DNA of 64,000 bases from Eledone cirrhosa (GCA_964016885.1 OZ024741.1:113398001-113462000), one strand, 5' to 3'; counted from the stretch's first letter, positions 29,545 to 42,731 are shown. Translations and numbers: made by a program. Notes: generated by a model not told the origin, from the sequence alone.

Positions 29545-30490
29545 TTCCTCTTATGCTCAGTCTCTCTCTCAATTCGTTTATGTTTGCCATTCACATATAT
29601 TACTATTACACATACATCGGAGCATGCAGGCTTCGTTTCTTTCTAATCTACACAAGGCTTCTACAGACAGCACCCAGGTTTCACTACCATCTAACGTTGT
29701 TGTTTGTATACATGCATCATACAGTCTGCCTTTCATTTTGAAGGGAAAGCCTTTTGCAGCTAGCAGAGCCAGTAGGTCCTTGAACTTCTTCCATCCCATT
29801 CTTACCCTAGCTATTATAATTTCCGAACACCCACCTCCGCTGCTAATTTGGTCACCTAGGTAGCAGAAGCTGTCTACTGTTTCTACAGAGCCCTCCCAGA
29901 GTTTGGTGGTGCTATTTTCCTGTGGTGGTTTGCTGCTTGCTCTCCCAGCGCAGCTGCTACATGTGACGCCTACATTCTTAGTTAAGCTTCCAGAGATCCC
30001 ACTACATCTCTTGTGTACCCATTGTTTGCATTTGGGGCAGAGGATGGAGTTCCTTCCTACACCTTTCCTACATACTGAGCAAGGCCATTTCCCTGGGGGG
30101 ATCTGGGTTCTGTTTTCTCATCTACTTACGAGGACCTTAGTCTTTGTTACGGTGACTTTGAGACCCTTTCTTTCTAGTCCCTGCTTCCATGTTTGGAATG
30201 TTTTCTCTAGTTCTACCATAGATTCAGCTATAAGTGCAAGGTCATCCGCATACAGGAGTTCCCATGAGCATCCGGTCTTAAACTCCTCCGTTATTGCCTG
30301 CAAAACTATGTATGCTAAATTCCTCGCTATAGTCATTGCTAATCAAAACTTTGCTGACTGCTCCCCTATACATGGCTTGTGCAGCTTTCACAAGCCATTC
30401 ATCTACTCCTAGTATTCTACTAGCAGCACCATATTATAGTATGGGAAACTCTGTTGAAGGCTTTTTCCAGATCGACGAATCCCAGATATA
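29545..30490 (-). mobile_element. Degenerate RTE internal fragment
   Basis: ORFs 30118-30336 (LLYADDL) and 29578-29799. Confidence 0.85.
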
Positions 30491-30656
30491 TAGGAAATGA
30501 GTAAGGACCCCGATGGCTGAGCTCCAGCCATAGTTGAAACGGCTGGAGCTCAGCCATTTTTTCCTATTATCCACTCTACTATTCTAAGTATTGAGTACTC
30601 TGGTGTGTTATGGTTCACCTGGTATCTTACCACACCTTCTTTGATATATCATCATC

Positions 30657-32371
30657 ATCATCGTTTAACATCCATGTTCCACGCTTGCATGGGTTTGGAC
30701 GGGAGTTTTCCCACTTGAGGCAAGAGTGGTTGTCTTGCTCGCATAGGACTGTCTGGCGGGTTTTCTACAGTTGGATGCCCTTCCTAACACCAACCACATT
30801 TACAGTGTGGGGCTGGGAGGTTTTTACCGTGTTGCCTACACGGCCACATTACAGCATGGACTGTCTGGCGGGTTTTCTACAGCTGGATGCCCTTCCTAAC
30901 ACCAACCACATTTACAGAGTGGGGCTGGGAGGTTTTTACCGTATTGCCTACACGGCCACATTTACAGCGTGGACTGTGTTTTTTTTTTTTGTCGTGACAC
31001 CTACACAATCTCATTTGTTTCGGCCTGGATTTTGTGGTATCAACATAACTTTACATTGAAAGGGGCGGTGTGGATGGGGTGGGGGTGGTGGGACGGGGGT
31101 GTATTTTGTATTTAAGTAAGGCGGGTCTTCTCTATTACTGAGTACCGCCAAAGGTCTCGGTCCAGTGACATTGTCTTGGAGAGGTGTAAGTGTGTGAGGT
31201 CGGAATTTATCAGCTCGTTCCAGGTTTTTCTGGGTCTGCCTACTCCGTGGCTACCGTCTATCTTTATTGCCCTGCACTTTTCTATACAGCTGTCGTCTTT
31301 CATGCGCATCACGTGACCATACCAACGTAGCCTTCTCTCGAGTAAACAACATCTGATCCCTCTTATTTCTAATTTTTTCCTTAGTTCGTTTATGCTTTGC
31401 CATTCGCGTATATTACTATTACACATCCAGCGGAGTATGCAAGCTTCATTCCTCTCTAGTCTGCGTATATCCTCTGCACACAATACCCAGGTCTCACTGC
31501 CATGTAACATTGCTGTTCGTATGCAGGCATCATACAACCTGCCTTTCATTTTTAGGGAGAACCCTTTAGCGGCTAATAGTGGTATAAATTCTCTGAACTT
31601 TTTCCATCCAGTTCTGACTATAGCTACTGTACTTTCAGAGCACCCTCCCCCACTGCTGATTTTGTCACCCAGGTAACGGAAGCTGTCCATTATTTCTATA
31701 GAACCCTCTGCGCAGTTGAAAGAGCTAGTATTTGTGGGCACTTGCTGCTACTTATTGCACCAGAGCACCGGCCACATGTAAAATCTGTGTTCTTAGTTAG
31801 CTTACCTGTGATCCCACTACATCTTTTATGCACCCATACTTTGCATTTGGGACATAAAATGGAGTTTCTACCTACGCCTTTCCTACACACTGAGCATAGT
31901 CATTTTCCGGAAGGGACCGGCGCCTTATTTTCTTTCCTACAAACTAGAACTTTAGTCTTAGCCAGGTTAATTTTAAGGCCTTTTGATTCTAGGCCGTGCT
32001 TCCATGTTTGGAATTTTTTCTCTAGCTCGGCCATTGATTCAGCTATGAGCGTTAGGTCATCTGCGTATAGGTGTTCCCATGGGCAGCCGGTCTTGAACTC
32101 CACTGTTATAGCCTGAAGAGCAATAATAAATAGTAGGGGGCTAAGAACAGAGCCCTGATGGACACCAACTTTTACGCTAAACTCTTCACTATATTCGTTG
32201 TTAATTCTAACCTTGCTGACTCTTTCTTTATACATGGCTTGTATAGCTCTCACAAGCCATTCGTCAACACCTAGTTTTCTAAGAGCCCACCAGATAATGG
32301 AACGGGGGACTCTGTCGAAGGCTTTCTCCAAGTCGACAAAGGCTAAGTATAGGGGTTTACTTTTAGCTAGG
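30657..32371 (-). mobile_element. 5'-truncated RTE LINE, same subfamily as 55888-59050; frameshift near 31742; duplicated segment in 3' UTR
   Basis: ORF fragments 31900-32331, 31696-31890, 31112-31741 closely match the 816-aa ORF; (CAT)n tail. Confidence 0.93.
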
Positions 32372-32447
<76 letters not shown>

Positions 32448-32448
<1 letters not shown>

Positions 32449-33095
32449 GGTAGCCACGGAATAGGCAGACCCAGAAAAACCTGGGACGAGCTGATAAATT
32501 CCGACCTCACACACTTACACCTCACCAAGACAATGTCACTGGACCGAGACCTTTGGCGGTACTCAGCAATAGAGAAGACCCGCCTTACCTAAATACAAAG
32601 TAAAACCTACTACAGTCAGTAGGCATCTCTAACAAAATACACCCCCGTCCCACCACCCCCACCCCATCCACACCGCCCCTTTCAATGTAAAGTTATGTTG
32701 GTGCCACAACATCCAGGCCGAAACAAATGAGATCGTGTAGGTGTCAGGACAAAAAACACATAGTTCACGCTGTAATGTGGTCGTGTAGGCAACACGGTAA
32801 AAACCTCCCAGCCCCACACTGTAAATGTGGTTGTTGTTAGGAAGGGCATCCAGCTGTAGAAAACCCGCCAGACAGTCAACGCTGTAATGTGGCCATGTAG
32901 GCAACATGGTAAAAACCTCCCAGCCCCACACTGTAAATGTGGTTGGTGTTAGGAAGGGCATCCAGCTGTAGAAAACCCGCCAGACAGTCCTATGCGAGCA
33001 AGACAATCACTCTTGCCTCAAGTGGGAAAACCCCCGTCCAAACCCATGCAAGCGTGGAACACGGACGTTAAATGTTGATGATGATGATGATGATA
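32448..33095 (+). mobile_element. RTE 3' fragment, head-to-head with the preceding copy across a (TA)n tract
   Basis: GSHGIGRPRKTWDELINSDL coding end, 3' UTR, (GAT)n tail. Confidence 0.9.
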
Positions 33096-33481
33096 TATAT
33101 ATATATATATGTAGGCATTTATGTATAAATGTGTATGGACCCATAACTTGCTAGGGTGTCATAAGGGTACCATAGTGACATACGTACCCGCATTCGAAAC
33201 CTGATAGAACTCATCCCTTATCCAAGTCTAAACAGAGCATATTTCTTTCAGATAAGGAAAGGGAGAGGTAGAGAGGATGTGATAAAGAGATATAAGAAAG
33301 AATCAATCCCTGTCCTAGACTATTATATTTTTTTATCAACCTCGAAAGGATGAAAAGCAAACTGCCCTTAGTTGACATTGAACCCAGAGTACAGAGAGCC
33401 AGAACGGGTTGTACAAATCATTTTATCCAATTTTCTACTGATTCTGCTAATTTGCTGCATATATATATATAATATTTATTA

Positions 33482-33645
33482 TATCTGAGTTTTTTTTATA
33501 TTAATAATAACATTCGATTCGTTTGCAATTATGCAAACAGGTCTCAATTTTATAGCCATTCTACTGACATGGCTATAAAATTGAGGCTTGTTTGCATAAT
33601 TGCAAACGAATCGAATGTTATTATTAATATTCGAAAAACTCAGAT
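33482..33645. repeat. Palindrome (~75-bp arms, 9-nt spacer) of the 900-1370 family
   Basis: Right arm matches 1270-1370. Confidence 0.85.
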
Positions 33646-33803
33646 TACATTTATTGTATTCAACCATGTAGAGCGGAAATTTTCTTTTTTTTTATAAATA
33701 TATATATATATATAAGCAGAAGGGATATTCAATTTATTGGTAATTCAACAAATATATATGTTTATAACTGATTTAGAGCACTCAACAAGTTTTCTGGAGT
33801 ATA

Positions 33804-34151
33804 ATATACAATGATATTAAATAAATGGAAACTATATTTATAAAACCATATTTCTTCTATTATATATATTTCAAGGGTACCAAAATCTTGGTACACTATC
33901 ATCAGATAAAATACAAAATGTTTTATAAATATTTGACATGACCAAGGATAAAATACCTTAACGGTTCAAGTTATCCCTGGATATCTTGAACCGTTAAGGT
34001 ATTTTATCCTTGGTTATGTCAAATATTTATAAAACATTTTGTATTTCATCTGATGATAGCGTACCAACATTTTGGTACCCTTGAAATATATATAATAGAA
34101 GAAATATGGTTTTTTAAATATAGTTTCTATTTATTTAATATCACTGTATAT
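33804..34151. repeat. Palindrome, ~170-bp arms, centre near 33977
   Basis: Direct reading; a few mismatches. Confidence 0.95.
34044..34100 (+). ncRNA. Type-I HHR; mirror copy at 33855-33911(-)
   Basis: tt(t/c)at CTGATGA tagcgtaccaacattttggtaccctt GAAA tatata TA atagaa. Confidence 0.7.
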
Positions 34152-34309
34152 ATATATATATATATGTTTGTGTGTGTGTGTGTGTGAGGTTCAATCTGGG
34201 GTAACCACAGTAAGGAAGGTACTCAATACATAGCAGATGATTTCCTTCAAATGAAGCAGTTATAGTCCTGTAGAAGCCATTTCTCCCACTCCCTCTCTCC
34301 CCCCCTCCC

Positions 34310-34380
<71 letters not shown>

Positions 34381-36329
34381 GTTATAATGCAATAGTTCAC
34401 TATTTTCATTGGTAAAATGAGATAAGCCCAATGCACATTTTTACCCTTCGTTTTTCAGGAGTGAACAGTTATAGTTGCTGAGCATTTATAATTCAAATTT
34501 CAATAAGACCAAGGATTAGTATTATTATTATCTATTTATACTTCTATGTTCATTTCAACACAGTTAAGGTATTTCATCAATTGTGGAGAAAAACAAATAT
34601 TATCAGTTAAGTTATTCCATTATAGGTGCCATATTCAAAATATTCTCTTCAGGAAATATAATTAAAAAAAATAACAGTAAATTGATTAGCATCATAAGAC
34701 AAATTATCAAGAATAATACATGATTCAAAGTACTGTGTGTTCAAAAGAATGGCATTTATAAATGCAAAAGCATAAGCTTGTTTATATTTTTTTAGACATA
34801 TAAAAATAAACAAATATCAATGTTTTTCCACAAATATGTTATAAATATGTTAAAGCTGTTAATTAGTTACAGCAGGAGTTGTTAGAAAGGATGTTTTTAT
34901 GAGATAAAATTGCAGTGCTTATAATTTTTTAAACTTTTTACAGTAGAAAGATTTGAAAATGTTTAGAAAATATTTTGTTAGTTAAAAACTAATACAAATG
35001 TGAAGTAAGATTGCATTAATGCAGTAAAAAAAATTGTTTCTCCGAGATATATACTTCTGAAAGCATATATAGACATTTACCTATTATTTTTCTAGTCAGG
35101 TTTTAAAGAAAGCATTACATAATAGGTCCGATTCATAAAAAAATGTTTTCATAAGTATTCATTCATAATAGCATTATTGAGTATGGCATCTATAATGGAG
35201 TAACTTAACTGATAATATTTATTTTTTCTCCACAATTGATGCAATCATAGATGTATAAATAATAATAATACTAATCTTTGGTCTTATTGAAGTTTGAATA
35301 ATATATAACAAAATTTTATATAAAAATGGTTTCTCCAGGACTAGAACAGTTTCATACAAATTTTGTTGTATACACTCTACTAATGTATTGAGTACCTTAC
35401 TTACTGTGGTTACCCCTAATTGAACCTGGGACTCACACATATATATATAACTAGATGAATTGTCATGGAAGCTATGTTAGTAGCGAAATAGAATGTTAAA
35501 CTTAATACACAACTAGCACAACCTAACAACAAGGAAAGAGCAAGTCGCCATCCATGGCTAATCTGTTTCCTGGCTACTAAAGAAAGCCTGATATTAACAA
35601 TAAAAAACATTTTTAGATTTAGCAACAGTACATCATCATTAAAAGAACATCATTCCCATGATTTTTGTCTCCTATAAAATAGCAATAACTGCCACCACTA
35701 ATAACCACTTCATCTAATAGAGAAGTTTAAGAAAAATCTAGAAACATTGATGTACCAAGGAACTTTATTGTTTTATACTAAATATAAAGGACTAATAACA
35801 AATACAAAAAAAAAATAATTGGAAAGCAATTTCATAAAAAACATAAACTTGAGTACAATGTTTTAATATGTGTTTACGAGAGATAAAAAACACTGTCTTC
35901 CACATGTATGTTATTGTGTATATATGTATGGTAGCCTATATCTTATTAGTTAAGGTGTTCAGCTCACAATTGTAAAACCATGAGTTCAATCCCCTGTGTT
36001 GTGCTGTGTCCTTTAGCAAGACAGTTTATTTCATGCTGTTTCAGGCCACTCAGTTGGCAAATTGAGTTTTTATTCTAAATTCAAAGTGCAATATTTGCCA
36101 TATCCTATTCTATGATGACTCTCCCTGTGAACTACATTAAGAGTATACATGTCTGTAGCATACAATTTAATTTCTCTAGCAGGCTGTTTCTTTGATCAAA
36201 TCAATTAGAACAAATATGGTACTAGACAACTATTCAATGTTTATTTGTCAATAAATAAACTTTTAAATAATCCTCAGTGGATACAAGCATGGCTGAAGGA
36301 TTGAGAAGGTCACTTTGCAATTATGAAGT

Positions 36330-37110
36330 GCTACTGCATGAGATCTTTGGTTAATTTCACTCAAGTAACAAAAGCTGTTGACTTCTTCCAGAGAGCCATC
36401 TGAGCATTTGACAGAACTAGTTTAATGTGGGCTCTTGCAGCTCTTGTGCACCTGCCAAATTCAAAATCTATCACTAAATTTCTTCAAAGTTAATCAAATG
36501 ATACCACCAATATTTACACAAGCCTCCAGGTCATCATGAAAGGAGATGATTATATCAACAAAGGGTTCCAGACACTCTAACCTGACAAGGATCTCCTACA
36601 GAGCAGCTCTGTTCACCGTATCAAAAGGCTTTTGTTTAATCCACAAATACCTGATACAGGTTCTGTTGTTCTTCATAACACTTTTCTTGAATTTGATGTG
36701 CTGTAAAAATCATATCTATTATACTTCTCTGGGGTTGAAAGCCACATTGTGATTCTGGTAGGATGAGGTTTGGTATTTTATTACTTAGTTTTGAAAGCAT
36801 GAGAGTTGCAAGAATTTTCACTATAACACAGAGAAGAGCTATTCCTCTTTAATTTCCACATTGCTCCAGCTGGTCTTTGGTCTTGTATAAAGGCATCATT
36901 ATTGCATATTTCCAATCCTCTGGTACTTCACCCTCTCGTAATATTTCCAAAATTAGTTCATGCATGATTTTTCCTAGTCTTTCAACACCATATCTGAAAA
37001 TTTCTGTGAACAATCCATCCATTCATACATCTTTATCTAAACTAAGTTTCTTGATGCCAATATATCCATCTTCAAGGCGAGGTGGATCATTAAGAAAAGG
37101 ACTGTGAGTC
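36330..37110 (-). mobile_element. Degenerate RT fragment of a different (BovB-like) RTE family
   Basis: ILPESQCGFQPQRSIIDMIFTAHQIQEKC...VFVD. Confidence 0.75.
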
Positions 37111-37534
37111 TCTGTTGAATATATTGTTAATAACATTTTGGTCAACCTAAGAATCTCTATTTAATAAATCTTTGAAACCCCCCCCCCCCCTCCTCATCAC
37201 CATCTTTTAGCTATGCTATCCATGTCTGTTAGTAGATTTGAGCCAACCTTGGATCTGAGTGGTTTTAACTTAATAAAATGTGGTCGAAAGGATAATGCAG
37301 ATTAGATTATAGATTTCAGCAATACTTGTGCATGGGTTAATAGTCAGTAAAAGCTTGCAAAACAGTGCAAAGACTCTCACCTACAAGACCAAGAGATCAT
37401 ACATACACACACACACACACCCTTATATATATATCTTCATATGCAAATGAGATTAATCACCTCATTTACACAGACGAGAAAAGTATATATTCTCGCATGT
37501 CTGTCTTCTAGTCCAGCAGTCGCAAGCGGTGGGA

Positions 37535-37587
37535 GGGACCGTCCTGACGAATGCCAGTTAAGCCTGAAATGCATAGATGGTTGTCCC
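37535..37587 (+). ncRNA. Minimal type-I HHR
   Basis: gggaccgtc CTGACGA atgccagttaagcct GAAA tgca TA gatggttgtccc. Confidence 0.8.
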
Positions 37588-39625
37588 CCTTGCTTCTCCT
37601 GGACATCACCAGAGGGCGTTAGCCCCCCCCTCCCCGGTGTTTGCATAGCTTCGGCTTCCTAAAACCGTATTTCTTTGGAGATACACAATATTTATACATA
37701 ATGTATAAAGCTATGCTTGAAGTGAAATCCTATTTCTTCTTTATATATAATATATATATATATATATACACACACATACATACAAACGTACATACATTTC
37801 ATAATATTGATATATCCATTTTTTAAAATAGTCTCCATTTAAATAATCTATTGTTGTTAATTTTTCACCTAATGTAAACATTTCATTATAATTCACTTTG
37901 AATCATGTCTGTTTTGAATCTTTTATACTTGGTTAAAGAATTCTTTAGGTTTCTTTGTATTTCATTCACTTCTTTTGGTTATGTATTTTTTACTTCAATT
38001 TTGCAATATCTTTACTGCAACACCAAAGATTTTATTATTGGCTTGTTGCATTTCCAATGGCACATAGCAAATTGAAATACCATATGTATAATTTCCAGAC
38101 ATTTTATGTCCACAGTCCGCACAAAGCCATTAGAAAAACAAAATCAACTTCTTAGATACCACATAATACTTTACATCTAATTATTGTAATAAAAAAATAA
38201 AAAAGAATGGTGAATAAGAATTTTTAATGTTTTTTGCTTTCAATGCAATTATGTTATATTAATTGTTTCTACTTTAGGCACAAGGCCAGCAATTACCCAG
38301 TGCATTACTGGTACTTTATTTTATCGACCCCGTAAGGATGAAAGGCAAAGTTAGCCTCGGCAGGATTTGAACTCAGATCATAAAGGGACGTAACTATGCT
38401 GGAAAGCATGGCGTCTGACCCTCTACCGATACTGCTAATCCACCGCAATTATATTATATTAATGAAATGAAATTGACTTTAGTCTGGAATCAAAATCATA
38501 TACCAGGTTTGCCCCGAAACTATATCTACTGAAAGAGTTGATTTTACATATAGATGTATGATTGTCCCACCCTTGCAAGCAGGGAAAAGCGGACGTAAAA
38601 TGATGATGATGATGATGATGATGATGATTATGTAAATATCTATGTTTATATAGAGAATTATTTGATAAGAGAGGTTAGTGAACTGAGAAACAATATGAAA
38701 TATCTTTAGGTTTTGATGAGAAAAAATATCTAACCTTTTGAACAGTGACCACCTTGCAAGAAATATAAGTGAATCTGTGAAATATCAGATGTTTCCTTCA
38801 TTGCGTAACATCCTAACACATTTACATACTTTTTTTTTTTATTTACTCTTGCCAATACAGACTTTCCTTCGCCCCAACACTTACACTTAAAGTCTTTTCA
38901 AATTACGTTGGCTATTCTCGGTTACCAAATACCGTTTATTCACAACTTTTCAACAACAACACCAACAAAAATACATTGATCTGTCTAATAGTTGTAAAGA
39001 AGACTTGGCAGTGAAAAATGAAATGTAATCATTTAGAATATCTTGGTTTAACAATACTCCATTAATTTACATGGCAACATGCACATTCATCTTTCACACA
39101 CTACATTATATTGAACATGATGGCTACAAACACAGCAATGTGTTATCATTCACTGTTTAGGAATCAATGATTTATATTAGCTATTGTTAATTTGCTAGTC
39201 TCTGCCATTCTGTCATTTTATAAGAAACATCATCAAGAAATCTTCACTATAGAGTTTTGATAGTTCCTTCAATTTTAACATTTTGTGTTGCATAAAACTA
39301 TGCTAAAAGACATTCAAGAAAAATACAAAATAGTGTTATGACTTCATCACATTAAAAGTTGAAGTCTTCACTGTAATACTGCAAATTTTCACTAGTAAAG
39401 GTTATTATAAGCATATTAATGAACAAACTTGTTTCTATTTATTTTCTGCAAAATCGTTACAGGATAAGACTTAATCAAATATTCATGCTTTTTCTCAATT
39501 TTATTTTCTGTTCCTTCCTCTTTTCATTCTCTATCTTTCTGTTTCATCTTTTATTTCTCATATCTTCTAATAAAGGACTAGTGTCTGAAACATACACACT
39601 TTTCTTACTATATCAAATGTTAAAC

Positions 39626-41365
39626 CACAGGTTCTCAACCCATTTAGGCCAAACGCCCCGCCCCCTTTTGTCCCTCGAAATCACGAAATGCCCCCCTACC
39701 CTATTTTTCCATTTTTCAATATACTACTGATATTGATATCAGTAGATTACTAAAAAATTGATTAACAATATTCCAAAGATACCATTGCAGGCAGCTGAGA
39801 GTATAAATACATTCCTTGAAAGGAAATATATAAATTAAAAAAAAAAGGAACATAAATGTTCTTTTTTATGAATAAGGACCAGTTGAATTTGTTATATTCC
39901 CACCAGGCGATACCAGCTATTTTGAACATTTATACAAGAGCAATTCTGTCTATCAAAGAGTGCTCTTATCTGGAAGAAAGTGGCAATTACATCATTTCAA
40001 AGCTTTCCAATTTTCCCTTTAATGAAACAGATGGAATAAATGTTCATATCTAACTTGATGTCCCCTCTGCTTTGTGAGCTTAGAGACCACGGAAGAGGTT
40101 TCATGACCACACGGTGGGGTATATTTATTAGTAAATGGTAAAATATATACAACAAATGAGTAAGTGAATTGTAGTAGATGGTTTCCAGTCCAGTCAGACT
40201 GCAACTACAAATAAAAAAAATTATTAGTTTGCTTTGTAACAATAGCATATCCAAGTTTTCGAATAAATCAACTTACTTTAACTTTGGCCTCATTTCAATG
40301 AGACCCTTGAACTTTATGGAGGTTAGCTAACTCTTTGATGTCAGGCTGGATTTTCGTAAGATGTAACCGGAGATCTCCACGTGTAATTACATTGTAGCAG
40401 TTGCGAGCCTTACTGTGCAGTCTGGAAACAGCACTAAACCTCCTCTTGACTAAGTATGAGCTTGGAAAAAGCAGAGCAAATCTCTTAGCCTCTGCATGTA
40501 GGTGTGGAAATCAACGCTGAATTTCCTCTTGCATCCAAAAAAGGGGTTCACTTATTTTGGGAAATCTAATTTTGATCATGTCATCTGCTTGAAGTTCAAC
40601 AAATTCTTCCTGAAATATAACGTCCAAATCATCGACATTAGCTATGAAGGGATCTGCTATCCACATTGGGATGTCCATCGGCAAAAGGTCGACAAACTGT
40701 TCTCTCATGTTGTCTTGTAGTGCACGGAGGTGAGCGGTATAAATTTGGAGTTGGTCATCGCTTACAATGTTTTGAACATTGGCGACACTAGGAAAATTAT
40801 AGAATTCCTGTCAACAAAGATTCCTTTTGATGACATTCAATTAGGCCAGGAATGTTTTCACAGCACTCCTTGCTTTAAGCAAGGTGGTCTTCTTCCCCTG
40901 CAAAGCCAAAATGACGCTATTGTATTTGTCGAAGGTGTCGGTGAGGTAGGTGCAGTCTTGCCTCACATCGAGGGTTTTCTTGTACAGTTTTGTGTTGTGT
41001 CCTCGCAGAAACTCAATGATAGAGTCAAACAGTTCAAAGAAGTGAGTAAGGCACTTGCCCTTTGAAAGCCACCTCACTTCATTATGAAGGAGCAACTTGA
41101 CGAATTCTTCGTCATTATCTTGGCACAGTTGCCGGAAAATTCGATCATTGAGGGAATGCCGTTTGATAAAATTGATCACATCAATGGCCACCTGCAAGGA
41201 TTTGCTCAGTGGCTCACTGAGTTTCTTTGCAGCCAAGTGTTGTTGATGAATGACACAATGAACAACAAATACAGATAGATTTTCTCTCTTCAGAAGAGTG
41301 ACAAAACCCTTATGTTGGCCGACCATTGCTCTAGCGTCGTCCGTAGCACATGATACAATGTGTGT
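39626..41365 (-). mobile_element. hAT (Buster/Charlie-like) transposon, 3' part with degenerate transposase
   Basis: ORF 40841-41326 (HCVIHQQHLAAK, HNEVRWLSKG) and 40511-40708; TIR-like CACAGGTTCTCAACC at 39626 preceded by TGTTAAAC (nnnTAnnn). Confidence 0.85.
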
Positions 41366-41590
41366 TGTATTTGGTCCTAGAGGTATGTATTACCTGCCTG
41401 TGTGTTATAGGTAGTCCTAGATGTATGTATTATCTGCTTATGTATTGCATGTGATCCCAGCTGTATGTATTACCTGCTTGTATTACCTCCTTATGTGTTG
41501 TATGTGGTCCTAGATGTGTGTGTGCTACCTCTTTATGTGTTGCATGTGGTCCTAGATGTGTGTATTACCTGCTTACCTCTATTTTTACCT
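41360..41590. repeat. Degenerate ~40-bp minisatellite (~5 copies) at the hAT truncation point
   Basis: Repeated GGTCCTAGATGT.TGTATTACCTGC. Confidence 0.75.
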
Positions 41591-41657
41591 CTATTTTTTG
41601 CATACATACATACACACGCACATACACACACATGCACATACACACAAACACACACAA

Positions 41658-41722
<65 letters not shown>

Positions 41723-42452
41723 AATATTGAATATTTGGTTGAATAAGGGTTTTATTGGTATTAACTAATATCTCATCTATATATATATAAATATTAATTC
41801 TTTCAATGTTACAATGTTAATTTTCTTGATTGCCCTCATATATTTTGTTTGGGTATCATCAATACTGTATCAAAATGAGTATGCACTAATTCAGCATTTA
41901 TCCCTGTTATTATTGATCAAGTCAGAGAGTGACAAGTTTGAAAAGGTATATAATGTCCTTATTCATTATAGTAATGTATTGATCTTGTTCGTACTTATTG
42001 TTGTGGCTATACCCTATGGCCACATACTACACCTGGTTGGTTTATTCATGTGAAAAAATGAACAAATACCTGCTGACAAATGGACCACCAGACTCACTGT
42101 GAAAACAACTGCTAGGTGCACTTATGACTTGCTTATGCATTTTGCAATTCGTTATGTACTTTTCCCAGGGTCTGAGAAAAATCGAGAAAAACTTTCAATA
42201 GGTTTATCTATTTGAGATGGCCCAGGTTAGTCTCCTACCTGTTCATATTTATCGTTGTTGTAGCTATACATGATGGCCACTTGCACCTGGTTGATTTATT
42301 CATGGTGTCCCACTTTTTTAATTTTGTGTTTACTCTGGACGGAAAATGTGTTAACTTTTCACACCATTGAGTGCTTTGTGACTGCCACAACAATTTGATT
42401 GGTATCTACCCTGCTGCAGATACAACTTCGATTTATACAAATATATAAAGCT

Positions 42453-42731
42453 TAAAGTCTGTCTTAAGCCAGAAGGCTCATTTGGCAGGAGCTTATCTCG
42501 GTTCCATGATGTGAAGCAACTGAGAGTACAAGACCCCCCCCCCCCACTGGACAGGACACCAGTTCATCACAGGGTTCACCCCCAGCTATTGCTGGCACTC
42601 ATTTTCAGCTGAGTATACTGGAGCAATGTGAAATGAAGTGTTTTTCTCAAGAACACAACACGCAAACTGGGAATCGAACCCACAACATTATGATCGTAAG
42701 TCCAGCACCCTTACCACTAGGCCACGTGCCT
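42453..42731 (-). mobile_element. tRNA-derived SINE with a different (Meta-SINE-like) 3' half
   Basis: A box TGGCCTAGTGG, B box GGTTCGATTCC; body ...GGGTGAACCCTGTGATGAACTGGTGTCCTGTCCAG... Confidence 0.75.
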
